Shown here: in pieces, positions 1 to 10,532 of the stretch
How the letters are laid out: each line of letters begins with the position of its first letter
How positions within the stretch are numbered: the stretch's first letter is position 1
Source: Basidiobolus meristosporus CBS 931.73
Taxonomy: Eukaryota; Fungi; Basidiobolomycota
Assembly: GCA_002104905.1 (NCBI GenBank)
Contig: MCFE01000104.1
Span: 107,031 to 171,030, forward strand
Length of the DNA: 64,000 nucleotides
Direction: 5' to 3'
Made by a program: the position numbers and the translations under genes
The notes under the pieces: generated by a model
The model's database searches: none
Told to the model about the DNA's origin: nothing
Seen by the model: the letters and a program-made list of their open reading frames with translations, nothing else

Positions 1-951
1 AAGGCGCTGGCCACCAATGACAAATGAGGTGACTACTTTCCCGGGAAGGAACTTTTTGTTTCTGTTTGTGATGATTCCTTTCTCCATAAGAGGAATCAAC
101 CCTTCTTGGAACATCTCGGTGTGAACGCCAAGATTCTTATGGTTGGTTAATGAGGAGAGGACGGCGTTGGGGATGGCACCAATTCCCATCTGCAAAGTGG
201 AGCCGTCATCAATCAAGCCGGCAATAATCCTACCGATGTCACGGTCGGCTTGGGTCATGGCGCCAGTGTGATGTTCAGGCAACTTTTCATCAACATCGGG
301 CACAATGTAATCAAAATGGTTGATATTGATCAAGCCATCTCCATGAGTGCGTGGCATGTTTGGATTGATTTGAGCGATAACAATATCTGCAGTCTCCACG
401 GCAGCAACTGCAGTGCAGACCTCAACTCCCAGAGAAACGTAGCCGTGCTTATTTGGGGGAGAAACATTAAGAAGGGCAACATTTGGACGGGTGATATCCT
501 TACGCATCAAAGCGGGCAGCTCACTTAAGAAGCAGGGGACGTAGCTGGACAAACCCTCGCGAACAGCTGCTCTCTGGTTGGGGCCAACAAAGAAATTGTT
601 TACGAAGAAGGCACTCTTCATTTCTTCAAGAGTTGGAGGAACTGGAAATTGATCAGCCATCTCAGTGGTAGCGGTCAATGGGCACATCGGGTTGGGTGAT
701 TCGATATGAATGTGAATACATTCCACGTTTTTCAATTCCTTGTAGCGTTTTGCAAGGCCGAGGGCTAGTGTACGAGGAAATGCTGCTACACCGTGCAAGT
801 AAACGCGGTCGTTATCTTTAACGACAGAGACGGCTTCCTCCACAGTGACTACTTTGGGAGTTTTTTTGGTAAACAAGGTTCTACGAGAGATCTGAGACAG
901 AGCCTTGCTCAATGGCACAGAACGCAGAGTAGATTTGGGGAGGAAGCTCAT
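1..951 (-). CDS. Acetyl-CoA hydrolase / 4-hydroxybutyrate CoA-transferase family protein (3' part runs off the window start)
   Basis: Manual translation from ATG at 951 with no introns: MSFLPKSTLRS...DRVYLHG...YVPCFLSELP...DIGRIIAGLIDDGSTLQMGIGAIPNAVLSSLTNHKNLGVHTEMF...PGKVVTSFVIGGQRL. The N-terminus resembles a mitochondrial presequence. Absent from the ORF track because it is open at the edge. Confidence 0.9.
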   Translation of the reverse strand, partial: MSFLPKSTLRSVPLSKALSQISRRTLFTKKTPKVVTVEEAVSVVKDNDRVYLHGVAAFPRTLALGLAKRYKELKNVECIHIHIESPNPMCPLTATTEMADQFPVPPTLEEMKSAFFVNNFFVGPNQRAAVREGLSSYVPCFLSELPALMRKDITRPNVALLNVSPPNKHGYVSLGVEVCTAVAAVETADIVIAQINPNMPRTHGDGLININHFDYIVPDVDEKLPEHHTGAMTQADRDIGRIIAGLIDDGSTLQMGIGAIPNAVLSSLTNHKNLGVHTEMFQEGLIPLMEKGIITNRNKKFLPGKVVTSFVIGGQRL

Positions 952-2278
952 GTTTTCCTAGTGAATGCAACTAATATGCTACCCACACCAACGCCCCTCC
1001 AGCCTAATTTATACCTAATCACTATACTGCCACACTTGGTACCACTTCGAACCTCTTGGTAAACGAGCAGAAAGCACACTAGTGATTGGTAGTTGTATGG
1101 GACTGAATTTCTTGTGGAAACATATCGATACTCGATTATCCGATGCTTGAGAATTTAATTCATTTCCTTTCATGACTCACATGTTTCAAAAGCTAACGCT
1201 AGTACATTCACTCAAAATGTTGTTTAAGCAACCTGAATGTCAGTATTAGCCCTCTGGAGCCTAGACTTCTATTGGAATCCACAGCCCACAATATTGACAC
1301 TTGTTCGATGGTGGTGGTACACCAGACTTGTCTCTATCTATGAGATTCTGTCAGCTCTGGCTGATCTTCCGAGGACATTGCTATTGCCTGAGCATCAACA
1401 GTTACTCATGTCTCGGCTATAATCAACTTCTCATGCGCTATACCCTTCGGTTAAAATCGAGTTCTCCAATATGGCAAGAAAACTTATTTGTGGAACCCGA
1501 CGCCGCGTGGTAAGCCTCCTAATTAGCATCACCCCCACATTTTAAGACCATTCTCAGGTCATGAGTGCTCTATGAACAACAGAAATAGACTTGACATATA
1601 ATTCGTATTTTGGATTAAGCACTCTGAGAAAGCCGAAATATGAACTCGCAACATGATAAAGTTTGAAATTGTGGCCAATAAACATGACGGGGTAACTTCG
1701 TATTTTCTGAATTCTTCCTTTTTTCTCACAAATGCTATAGCCAGTTGTCAGTTCCGATGTCAACGTTACCAGCCTTTTATAGAATAAGGTTGTTGCAAAA
1801 CCTAGTCATGACATATCAATTGAATAACCTACATTATATCGATTACTTTTTTGCTTCGATGTCTGCCAAGGTGATGGAACTAGTTTGCATATCGTAGTGC
1901 GGAATCCAATCTTATATCGAAGACAAACTTAAGTTATGAATAACAGGGATATTAGCAAATTTCAAACTCTTTAGCTTACTTACTCGTATGAGCATCAAAT
2001 AAATACAGCTAGTATGTGATATCACAAAAAAGAGAGTATTGAAATTTAGGAACAATTCATTATCAGTTAGTCGATTGTAGTTTAGTTATTGGTAACAAAG
2101 TGAGCGAAAACTACAGTCATTAAGCTATATATATCCATCATAAGAAATTTGCCAACACACTGCCATCCCGAATTAAAGGACTCCAGTTGTGCAACAGCAA
2201 AAATCAATTGCGCTAGGTATTCATCTTAATATTCTCAATAATTGTATTTGTTTCTTATTGTTGAGGTAAAGAGGAAGG

Positions 2279-2441
2279 CAGGAGGCGGCGCATGGCGCTC
2301 ACCTCCCACAAACAAAAATTTAACAGTCGAGACACCCCGAAGGATGTTCGCGTCAAAGACCCTGAGGCGCTGTGCAATGCTCAAGTTCTAAGACGAACAG
2401 CCTGCCTTCTTGATCACAAGCTGTCCCTGCCAGGTAAGTAT
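2279..2441 (-). ncRNA. U1: U1 snRNA, variant A (copy 1)
   Basis: Reverse complement starts ATACTTACCTGGCAGGG and has loop I GATCAAGAAG (U1-70K site), loop II CATTGCAC (U1A site), Sm site AAATTTTTG and terminal stem-loop IV GGAGG..CCTCC. About 163 nt; 3' end approximate. Confidence 0.96.
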
Positions 2442-2496
2442 GCTTTGCCCCCTCCGCTCCTCTCTCCTTTATCCTCATCCTGCTCACTCCTCAACC

Positions 2497-2504
2497 TGTG
2501 GGAT
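2497..2504 (-). promoter_or_regulatory. Putative snRNA upstream element ATCCCACA (-63..-56 of U1-A)
   Basis: The identical 8-mer lies at the identical distance upstream of U1-B (3072-3079), although the flanks are otherwise unrelated. Confidence 0.65.
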
Positions 2505-2853
2505 CCCCTTGATTTCATGCCATCCCTAGAGATTTCCTTGCTCACAAATATCTACTCCGCCATTTCTGGCCAGATGATTATCCATCATTTCTACTGAAGT
2601 AATGCTACCCCATTCACACCGAGTATTTTCACCAATGCCACCCATATCACTCACCACCCCACCAGTCCATCTCTTTATCTCCTCTTCCTTTCGCTAGGAG
2701 TTCCCACTAGTGATACTCGTAAACCTCGCAGTTCTATTTCCATGATCACCATACTAATACTTTGTAGTGGGGAACTGGATGAGCACTGTGCTTTTTTGTA
2801 CTTTCAAGTTGATGTTTGCGTAGAGATGGTGGTTTTTGAAATAAAGAGGAAGG

Positions 2854-3016
2854 CAGGAGGCGGCGCATGGCGCTCACCTCCCACAAACAAAAATTTAACA
2901 GTCGAGACACCCCGAAGGATGTTCGCGTCAAGGACCCTGAGGCGCTGTGCAATGCTCAAGTTCCAAGACGAACAGTCTGCCTTCTTGATCACAAACTGTC
3001 CCTGCCAGGTAAGTAT
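2854..3016 (-). ncRNA. U1: U1 snRNA, variant B (copy 1)
   Basis: Same U1 hallmarks, offset 575 bp from variant A. Differs from A at four positions that form two compensatory pairs. Confidence 0.96.
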
Positions 3017-3071
3017 GCCGAACCAGGTTGCCAGAGGTGGCATAAAATAGAGCCGGCAGCCTCGAGTCAAT

Positions 3072-3079
3072 TGTGGGAT
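3072..3079 (-). promoter_or_regulatory. Putative snRNA upstream element ATCCCACA (-63..-56 of U1-B)
   Basis: Positionally conserved with the U1-A element and similar to TTCCCATA upstream of U6. Confidence 0.65.
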
Positions 3080-4976
3080 TCAGGTCGATATATGAATAGC
3101 ATTGGACAAATATGGCATTCAATCTCAAGTAAGGCCTTCACTTGAAGTCACAAATCTCGTTACCATAACTGCATTTAATTCACAAGCATGGACGATTCGA
3201 CAAACCTAACTAATAATCACTTTTCTGTCTATCGTAGTTGGCACCTGAGGCATTTCTTAATAATAGGGTCAAGGTCATGAAGATCTGTGGTGGAGATTTC
3301 AATAGCATAACCTACGATATGCTTGACGCCTGACACGTGCACCTGAGTAAATAAAGGTGAGCATATTGACCTCAAATGATAAGGAGGATGTGATTTACAC
3401 TCAATTTAGCTTTGCGCATAACCTAAACTGGGGGTTCACACTAGGACACAAAAACGAACATCACTTGCTGAGTAAGCTCGTTGTTGGAGATAACCATGCT
3501 ACAAAATGGTGATCAAATAAGCGCCAACCCAAAGGCGTTGCTTGAACTCACCCTACCAAAGGTACCCAAAAGCAGCTTGATCAGGCTCTAGCTGTTTAAC
3601 AATTTCTGCAAGACCTCCTTTCCCTAAGCTGACGTTAATAATCGTGCTCAAAGACGCTCGTTATATATGTAGCACCTGTGGAGTTCACTTCAAGTATATC
3701 CCCTCTGTCTTCAGAATACGTCAAGAGTAGCCTAGATGGGTAAGGCCAACCTCGGAAAAATCACGCTGATGTCAAAATGTTCCAGGGTTACCAGTTTGTA
3801 TCAGAATTGTCTTTAACAAGAGCTATATTAGAGTATATCACAGGTGAGATGGGTAGACACAACTGCCTTGGCTAATACACGCACCAGACTGCTTTTGCTC
3901 GAGATTAAATTGGATAAGATCAAAGCACTCGACATATAAAAGCAGTGATTGAACTGAAGCACTCATTCGTAAGACATGCCAACAAAACCCACAAATCCAT
4001 TGGATTGCACTCGAATTTTGAATTGACGATTGACCTAATTATGGCGAAGTGTGGCTAAGCTCATGATGTTCTAGCGGAATATACCCGTATTGAACCTGGT
4101 CAGAGGGGATCACATTATTACAGTTAGGTGGGGATAGACGAAGATAGGCAGAAGGAAAGATTAAACTAAACATGATTGACACCATAATCTAGCAAATCGA
4201 GGAATGGTTTGGTAAATGCCTCAAGAGTAAACAAAGGGATGGGCGTTTTATTCGGTATATAATGACGATTTTGATCACATCCATTAATAACGATAAAAAA
4301 ATCAACTTCCCCATTTAGTGAAAACAAACAGTATTACAATAACAATAAAGACACTTTAGAAAATGACTTTATCTGTAAAGACGAGCTTACTCGACGAAAA
4401 TACAAAAAGGTCAACCCAGGCTCCAGGAGCTTCCTCAGAAAACCCACTTAATAAGGTATTCATACTATTCTTCACAAGGACGACCTTTTCCTCTAAACTC
4501 ATCTTGGTAATAGTCTAATAATCAAGCTTGCTCGAAGGTGTGTTTTGAACATGGTTGCTTCTGGCATTTGCAATGCGTTTCCAGTTGACTTATGACTGAC
4601 CTTACTCTATATGTAGCAGCCGAATATACCTCTAGACAAAAGACCGAACAAATTGGCCTCGCCTTCGAAATTCGTATATGTATGCTCGGTTTTTTGAAGG
4701 GCAATTGGTGATACACAGATTATGCTAAACGATACCTATTCGATCATCTAGAGATCACACATTAGCCCTTTAAGACGTCAACATCCATATCTACCTTCTT
4801 CGAGACTATCTCCACTTACGGCTAAGATGTACAAAAAGATGGAAGCCTGCCGGATTGAAAAGGTGGATATATACATGCGTAACACAGCGCCGTTGAAATG
4901 ATACCAACCATCTTCACTTCAGGAAAACTTCAACCCGCAAACAATAACCAAAAATAAGAGTTCCAAAAAACCGCAG

Positions 4977-5618
4977 ATGGTGGAGGGAAGTCTTTTGAAT
5001 TACTTCAAGCCTGATTCAACGCTGGAAACGCTTTCCAGTGTAACAAAAGATCTTGGAGAGATAAAGGCACTTCTCTTAGAAGTCAAAGAAGGGAATTCCA
5101 CGGCCATACAGGTGAAACGCTTAGATAATGTGATTGATCAACTGGAAACCAAACTGCAAAGCTATCAACCCAAGCAAGGTAGAGCTCAAAAAGCAGTCGG
5201 CTCTGGCAACTCCCTGGAGAAAGTTTCTACACAACATAAGGATAATGACGATATCAAAGAAAAAGCTGCCCGTATCGAAGAGTTGGAGAGAAAGCTCACG
5301 GAATTTGAAGCAAATCACATTCCTAAAGCCGAGTACGATCGTTTGAAACAAGAGCTGGCTGAAAGTCAGGAATTGATAGACGAGTGCAAAGCATGTCTGG
5401 AAGAAATCGACTCCACTAAGCCACAGGACATGTCAGATCTGCAAAAGAAGATCAATGAGCAGTCGCTGCTTATCGAAGGACTGCAGGATCGCCTGGCGGT
5501 CGCAGAGTTCCATAAGGCCAATTATGAAAGGGCGCAAGAAGAAATCGCCGAGCTTCGAGCTGCACTTGAAGACCTCATTAATGAGAACGAAATGGTCTGT
5601 ACCCTCCAACCAATTTGA
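4977..5618 (+). CDS. Hypothetical coiled-coil protein (possibly the last exon of a spliced gene starting near 4362)
   Basis: 213-aa ORF rich in E/K/L/Q heptads. It is preceded by an acceptor-like CCGCAG. No family recognised. Confidence 0.5.
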   Translation: MVEGSLLNYFKPDSTLETLSSVTKDLGEIKALLLEVKEGNSTAIQVKRLDNVIDQLETKLQSYQPKQGRAQKAVGSGNSLEKVSTQHKDNDDIKEKAARIEELERKLTEFEANHIPKAEYDRLKQELAESQELIDECKACLEEIDSTKPQDMSDLQKKINEQSLLIEGLQDRLAVAEFHKANYERAQEEIAELRAALEDLINENEMVCTLQPI

Positions 5619-5939
5619 ACCGAGAATTATATACACTAACGTTGTAACGCTTCTACAGCTTCATAACAGTTAGGGTTAGCAGTAGTACAAGTCAAGACAA
5701 ATCCACGCGCAACTCTACCATTGCCACAAGGCACATACAGCCGAGACCCACATTCAAATATCTTCTGTAACTTTTATTTAGAAAGGGGATTCTCAAAAAT
5801 ACGAACTCAGACAAAGGCAATAAAGTAATAAGACTTCCGACAAATGGGAAAGCTGGGTGAATTGAGGATGAGAATTTTTGTGTAAATCAGATAGGTGTAC
5901 GTTTGCAGTTATTTGGATATGATATGAATAACTAAGTAA

Positions 5940-6808
5940 TTATACAGTAAAGCGATCTTTGTTACAAGATCCACTCTTGGTGGCATCTGCGTGGGCTTGG
6001 AACTCGATGGTTTGATTTGGGTTCATGGAGAGCGAACTCTTCAGATGTTGACTAGATACGACGGATGCGTTATTCAGCAGGTCACAGGTGTTAAGAAGAG
6101 GATGTGAGTAATTACCCAATGCTTTCACAGGCCTCCTTGTCGGTAATACGTGTCCATAGCGAGATACGATAGAATCCCTTACGGATTGACACGACGCCTC
6201 CGCAAATCTCGCTCTCGTATTGGAATCCTTCACCGATACATTCAAGCATCTATCAACAAGGTCCGAAGTTGAGCATTGGCGCCAACCGAAAATTTATGAA
6301 ACACACTCACAGTATACAGCCAGAGGGTGTTGATATGCTCGCCGGTCTTTTTGGGGAACTGTATCACCCACTTGCCACCTTTCGAGTTGGCTGGATCTTC
6401 CCACATGGGCTTGATGCCAGCCTTGAACAAATGGTAGTTGGAGCCAGCCGTCAAGTCACTGGGACGCACGACGTTGTTGTATATTCTGAAGGATGATACG
6501 TGGTCAATATGAGTTACCCGCCAATCGGTGCCACTGACAACTTACCCCCAGAAGTCTTCAACAGTGTCGAAGGTGACGATCTCCTTGAGATTTTGAGACC
6601 AGCTGGCTTGGTTGGCCTTTTTACCTGGGTTGTCATACCACAGGGTCCACTGGCTATGAAGTGGATGCTTCACGTTGAAGTTGACGGGATCCGAAAAGAC
6701 GGTGACCATCTCCTGTTCGCCTTCTAAAATTTCAGGAGTGTCCTGGCTAGCCTCGGCCATAGTAACTTCTTGGGGGGCTACGTCATTTTCTACGTGGTCG
6801 GCGCTCAT
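5940..6808 (-). CDS. eIF4E: Eukaryotic translation initiation factor 4E (4 exons)
   Basis: KHPLHSQWTLWYD, FDTVEDFWG, YHLFKAGIKPMWEDPAN..GGKW, ICGGVVSIRKGFYRISLWTR. Motifs are split by GT..AG introns. Confidence 0.95.
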
Positions 6809-7564
6809 GGTTGCAGTTCAATTAATGATAATCAGTTGGGTGCTGTGAAAAAATCAAGGTTGATCAGAATCCAGCACGCAGATGAGTTGCGAAGTACGAG
6901 GCAGGCAAGAGAGAGAAACGCAAGCACCTCGCGGCAAAATATCAGTGCAGTGGTTTACCTAGGGTAAGAGGGACAAATAACTGGTCTGGCAAGTCTATCC
7001 TGGTCTTTTCTTCGAAGTTTTTGGGAGGAACGAGAGAAAAAAATAAAAACTACAAATAAAACAAGTATATGTAGAAGGAATAAAAAACACTAAAAAAATA
7101 CAGGCTCTCTAAGGGATGTATATGCTTTTAAATTCTTAGTGTTGAGCTAAGAAAAATATTGGTAGCCTTCTGATAGAGAACAATAAGGAGTATGAAGTCG
7201 TTAAGAATGCGTTGTCATAGGTGTTCTAATCTCAAAAAAAAACCCAGCCAATTTTCGAGAAAAAAAAAGAATTCGCCATAAGCAGAGATTCTTTTTCGAT
7301 GATTGATTGCTCAGACTTCAATTCAAATGATTTTCCCAGCGATATCATCGATAACATGGGCCCAGCAGTGTCATGAATTATGCTAAAGAAGGTTTATTAT
7401 TAAGCATTGGCTACTAAACATCAACGGAAAATCGCTGTACATTGGAATATACATGATCAGCATTGATTAGGTCTAATCTAGGTGTACAATACTTGCTAGT
7501 CGAATGTGGGTGATTTCTCACTGGGAGCGTCGTATGAACTGCTAGCTTGAGGAGTGGCCATGCT

Positions 7565-8694
7565 CTAGACATGCTTGGATTTCGTGTTGACTCTCCACAG
7601 CCCGAAGATGTAATTCAACCGAATCACCAGTAGGTCAATTGCCATTCGAATGGAGTCCCGAATTAAAGAGATCTTGGATCCATCCACTTCGTGCCAATTG
7701 ACCGATACTTCGGCAATAGGAATCGAAAGATATTCGGCAATCAGCAATACCTCGATATCAAATATCCAGCCTTCAACATGGGTGTTGGGGAAGATTTGTT
7801 GAGCGGCTGCTCTTGTAAAAAGCTTAAAGCCGCATTGGGTATCCGCGATTTTCCGAATGCCAAGTATGTAGAGAACCTTGTGAAACGAGTGCATCAACAA
7901 ATTCCGGATGAATGATCGCTGGGTTGATATTAAGAAGAATGTTGGCATCAGTACTAGGTTTGCTAAGGGCTTCGACCTGCTATTCAATTACCTTGACAAC
8001 AGCTTCAGTTTTAACGAGATGTGCTCTTGATCCGATAGCAACGCCCAGGTCATTGGTTTTGATCTTATTTAACTCAGCTTCAAGAAGCTCCAAATCCGCG
8101 AAACGCGTGGCACCGTCAGCATCAGCAAAGAGGATGTATTTGCCGCGAGCATTGAGTATACCCTTGATGAGTGTTAGTATCAGGATGCGGAGGAATTCGT
8201 CATTGGATGTACCTGAGTTACTGCACCACCCTTGCCTCTATTTTTCTCCAGAGTCAGGACTCGAAGATTCTTCACGTCATTATTCTTCCCAAAGTCCAAG
8301 GCGACCTGGGTTGTATTATCCTTACTACCGTCGTCAACAATCAGAATTTCATAATTGGACTCGGGGTTTTCTGCAGCACGCTTGTTCAAAAAGGCAACAC
8401 ATTCAGCCAGCATGATAGGGAGGCGTGAGGTCTCGTTATATGCAGGTATCACCACTGACAAGGCAACACTAGGCTCATCCGATAAACTTGGGAGCAAGTT
8501 CTTCTCTTTGCTGAAACCATCGCGATAGTAGCGTTCATTCTCTGTTCTCTGACGTGGTTTTGGGCTGGCCACAATCAGAAACACCAAAGCCTGAACACAA
8601 AGGTTGAGTACATGCACTCCGAAGAGAATAACGCGGAACTTACACAAGCGCTTAACAGTAATAAGCTTGATGCTAGAAATACTAGGACAGCCAT
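7565..8694 (-). CDS. ALG5: Dolichyl-phosphate beta-glucosyltransferase (spliced)
   Basis: N-terminal hydrophobic anchor, [65 protein letters not shown]. Confidence 0.93.
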
Positions 8695-9539
8695 TTTGTA
8701 GGCAAATTGAGGGTTCTTGTAGGTGTAGTTGCCCAAAGTCGAGTTTATCAAGTGTTTGCAAGGTTCAAATCACAGCAGTTTATCAGCCAGTGACTTGCGC
8801 TGTAGGTAAAGGTGAAACTCCGACGGCTTTGGAGGGAGGAGAAAGGCGGTTTGGTAATATAAAGCAATTATCTGCAAACTAACCAACTTCAGCTGTTATC
8901 AAGTAGTGTGCAGACCGTCCCAAGTTGATTGCTCTTACATTACCAAACACTATTGGTCAATTAATATAATAGATGGCAAATTCACTTGTAGTTCTCGGAT
9001 TCGAGGAAATAAACTGAATGCAATACCACTCGGATAAGCCTCCATTTGCCATGAATATGGATTTCCCTAATCTATTCATATAGTCTGAGGTAAATTCGAA
9101 GCAGATTCTATTACACATGGGTAATGCAAACTCTCAAATCACAAGACTCATTCTTGAGAACATACTTGCCATTGGCCAAAGCATCCACAATAACACTATA
9201 ATACGAAAGATACTTGTCAATTTCGATCGGCAATTGTTTCCATTCTACATAATCCAATATATTAAATTTCGTAAATCGACCAACAACCGAAATATAACTA
9301 TTTATACGGCATAGAGCCAACCAGTTAAATTCATAAACATACTTCAATAAAGACTAGTTTGGTGGGCAAAGACTACAGTCATTAAGCTATATATATCCAT
9401 CATAAGAAATTTACTAACACCCTGCTTTTCCAAATTCACAGGACTCCAGCTGTGCAAGAGTAAGATTCAATTGCGCTAGTATTCAACTGTGTATTTTCAA
9501 TAATTATATTTGTTCTTATTGTTGAGGTATAGAGGAAGG

Positions 9540-9702
9540 CAGGAGGCGGCGCATGGCGCTCACCTCCCACAAACAAAAATTTAACAGTCGAGACACCCCG
9601 AAGGATGTTCGCGTCAAAGACCCTGAGGCGCTGTGCAATGCTCAAGTTCTAAGACGAACAGCCTGCCTTCTTGATCACAAGCTGTCCCTGCCAGGTAAGT
9701 AT
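9540..9702 (-). ncRNA. U1: U1 snRNA, variant A (copy 2)
   Basis: Appears identical to 2279-2441. Confidence 0.96.
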
Positions 9703-10115
9703 GCTTTGCCCCCCTCCGCTCCCCTCTCCTTTATCCTCATCCTGCTCACTCCTCAACCTGTGGGATCCCCTTGATTTCATGCCATCCCTAGAGATTTCCT
9801 TGCTCACAAATATCTACTCCGCCATTTCTGGCCAGATGATTATCCATCATTTCTACTGAAGTAATGCTACCCCATTCACACCGAGTATTTTCACCAATGC
9901 CACCCATATCACTCACCACCCCACCAGTCCATCTCTTTATCTCCTCTTCCTTTCGCTAGGAGTTCCCACTAGTGATACTCGTAAACCTCGCAGTTCTATT
10001 TCCATGATCACCATATTAACTTTTTGTAGTGGGGAACTGGATGAGCACTGTGCTTTTTTGTACTTTCAAGTTGATGTTTGCGTAGAGATGGTGGTTTTTG
10101 AAATAAAGAGGAAGG

Positions 10116-10278
10116 CAGGAGGCGGCGCATGGCGCTCACCTCCCACAAACAAAAATTTAACAGTCGAGACACCCCGAAGGATGTTCGCGTCAAGGACCCT
10201 GAGGCGCTGTGCAATGCTCAAGTTCCAAGACGAACAGTCTGCCTTCTTGATCACAAACTGTCCCTGCCAGGTAAGTAT
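10116..10278 (-). ncRNA. U1: U1 snRNA, variant B (copy 2)
   Basis: Appears identical to 2854-3016. Confidence 0.96.
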
Positions 10279-10532
10279 GCCGAACCAGGTTGCCAGAGGT
10301 GGCATAAAATAGAGCCGGCAGCCTCGAGTCAATTGTGGGATTCAGGTCGATATATGAATAGCATTGGACAAATATGACATTCAATCAAGCAAGGCCTTGT
10401 CACAAATCACATTATGCTAGTTGAGCTGAGTTCACATGCAAACGTGTCTTACAAACTGAGCTACCAGTCAGTGTTTCCAAGTCTAGCATTAACATTTTAT
10501 TTACACAGTACGGATGTACCCATTTGTATGAT

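Larger units (their letters stand above)
2100..3155. repeat. ~1.05 kb direct repeat, copy 1 (two-gene U1 cassette)
   Basis: Matches 9361-10408 at an offset of about 7261. The core is nearly identical and the outer flanks are visibly diverged. Confidence 0.93.
9361..10408. repeat. ~1.05 kb direct repeat, copy 2 (two-gene U1 cassette)
   Basis: Co-linear, same-orientation match to 2100-3155. Confidence 0.93.

Noticed and set aside
2431-2441. Perfect 5' splice site CAGGTAAGTAT on the + strand in each repeat
   Set aside because: It is the reverse complement of the U1 5' arm (ATACTTACCTG).
2292-3145. Short ORFs repeated four times (MALTSHKQKF.., MITILIL.. and similar; also at 9553-10384)
   Set aside because: They are antisense or overlapping readings of the U1 snRNA genes. 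The repetition is explained by the RNA genes, not by a protein.
3406-3418. AGCTTTGCGCA, matching the start of metazoan U4 snRNA
   Set aside because: Only 11 nt match; no following U4 stem II, 5' stem-loop or Sm site.
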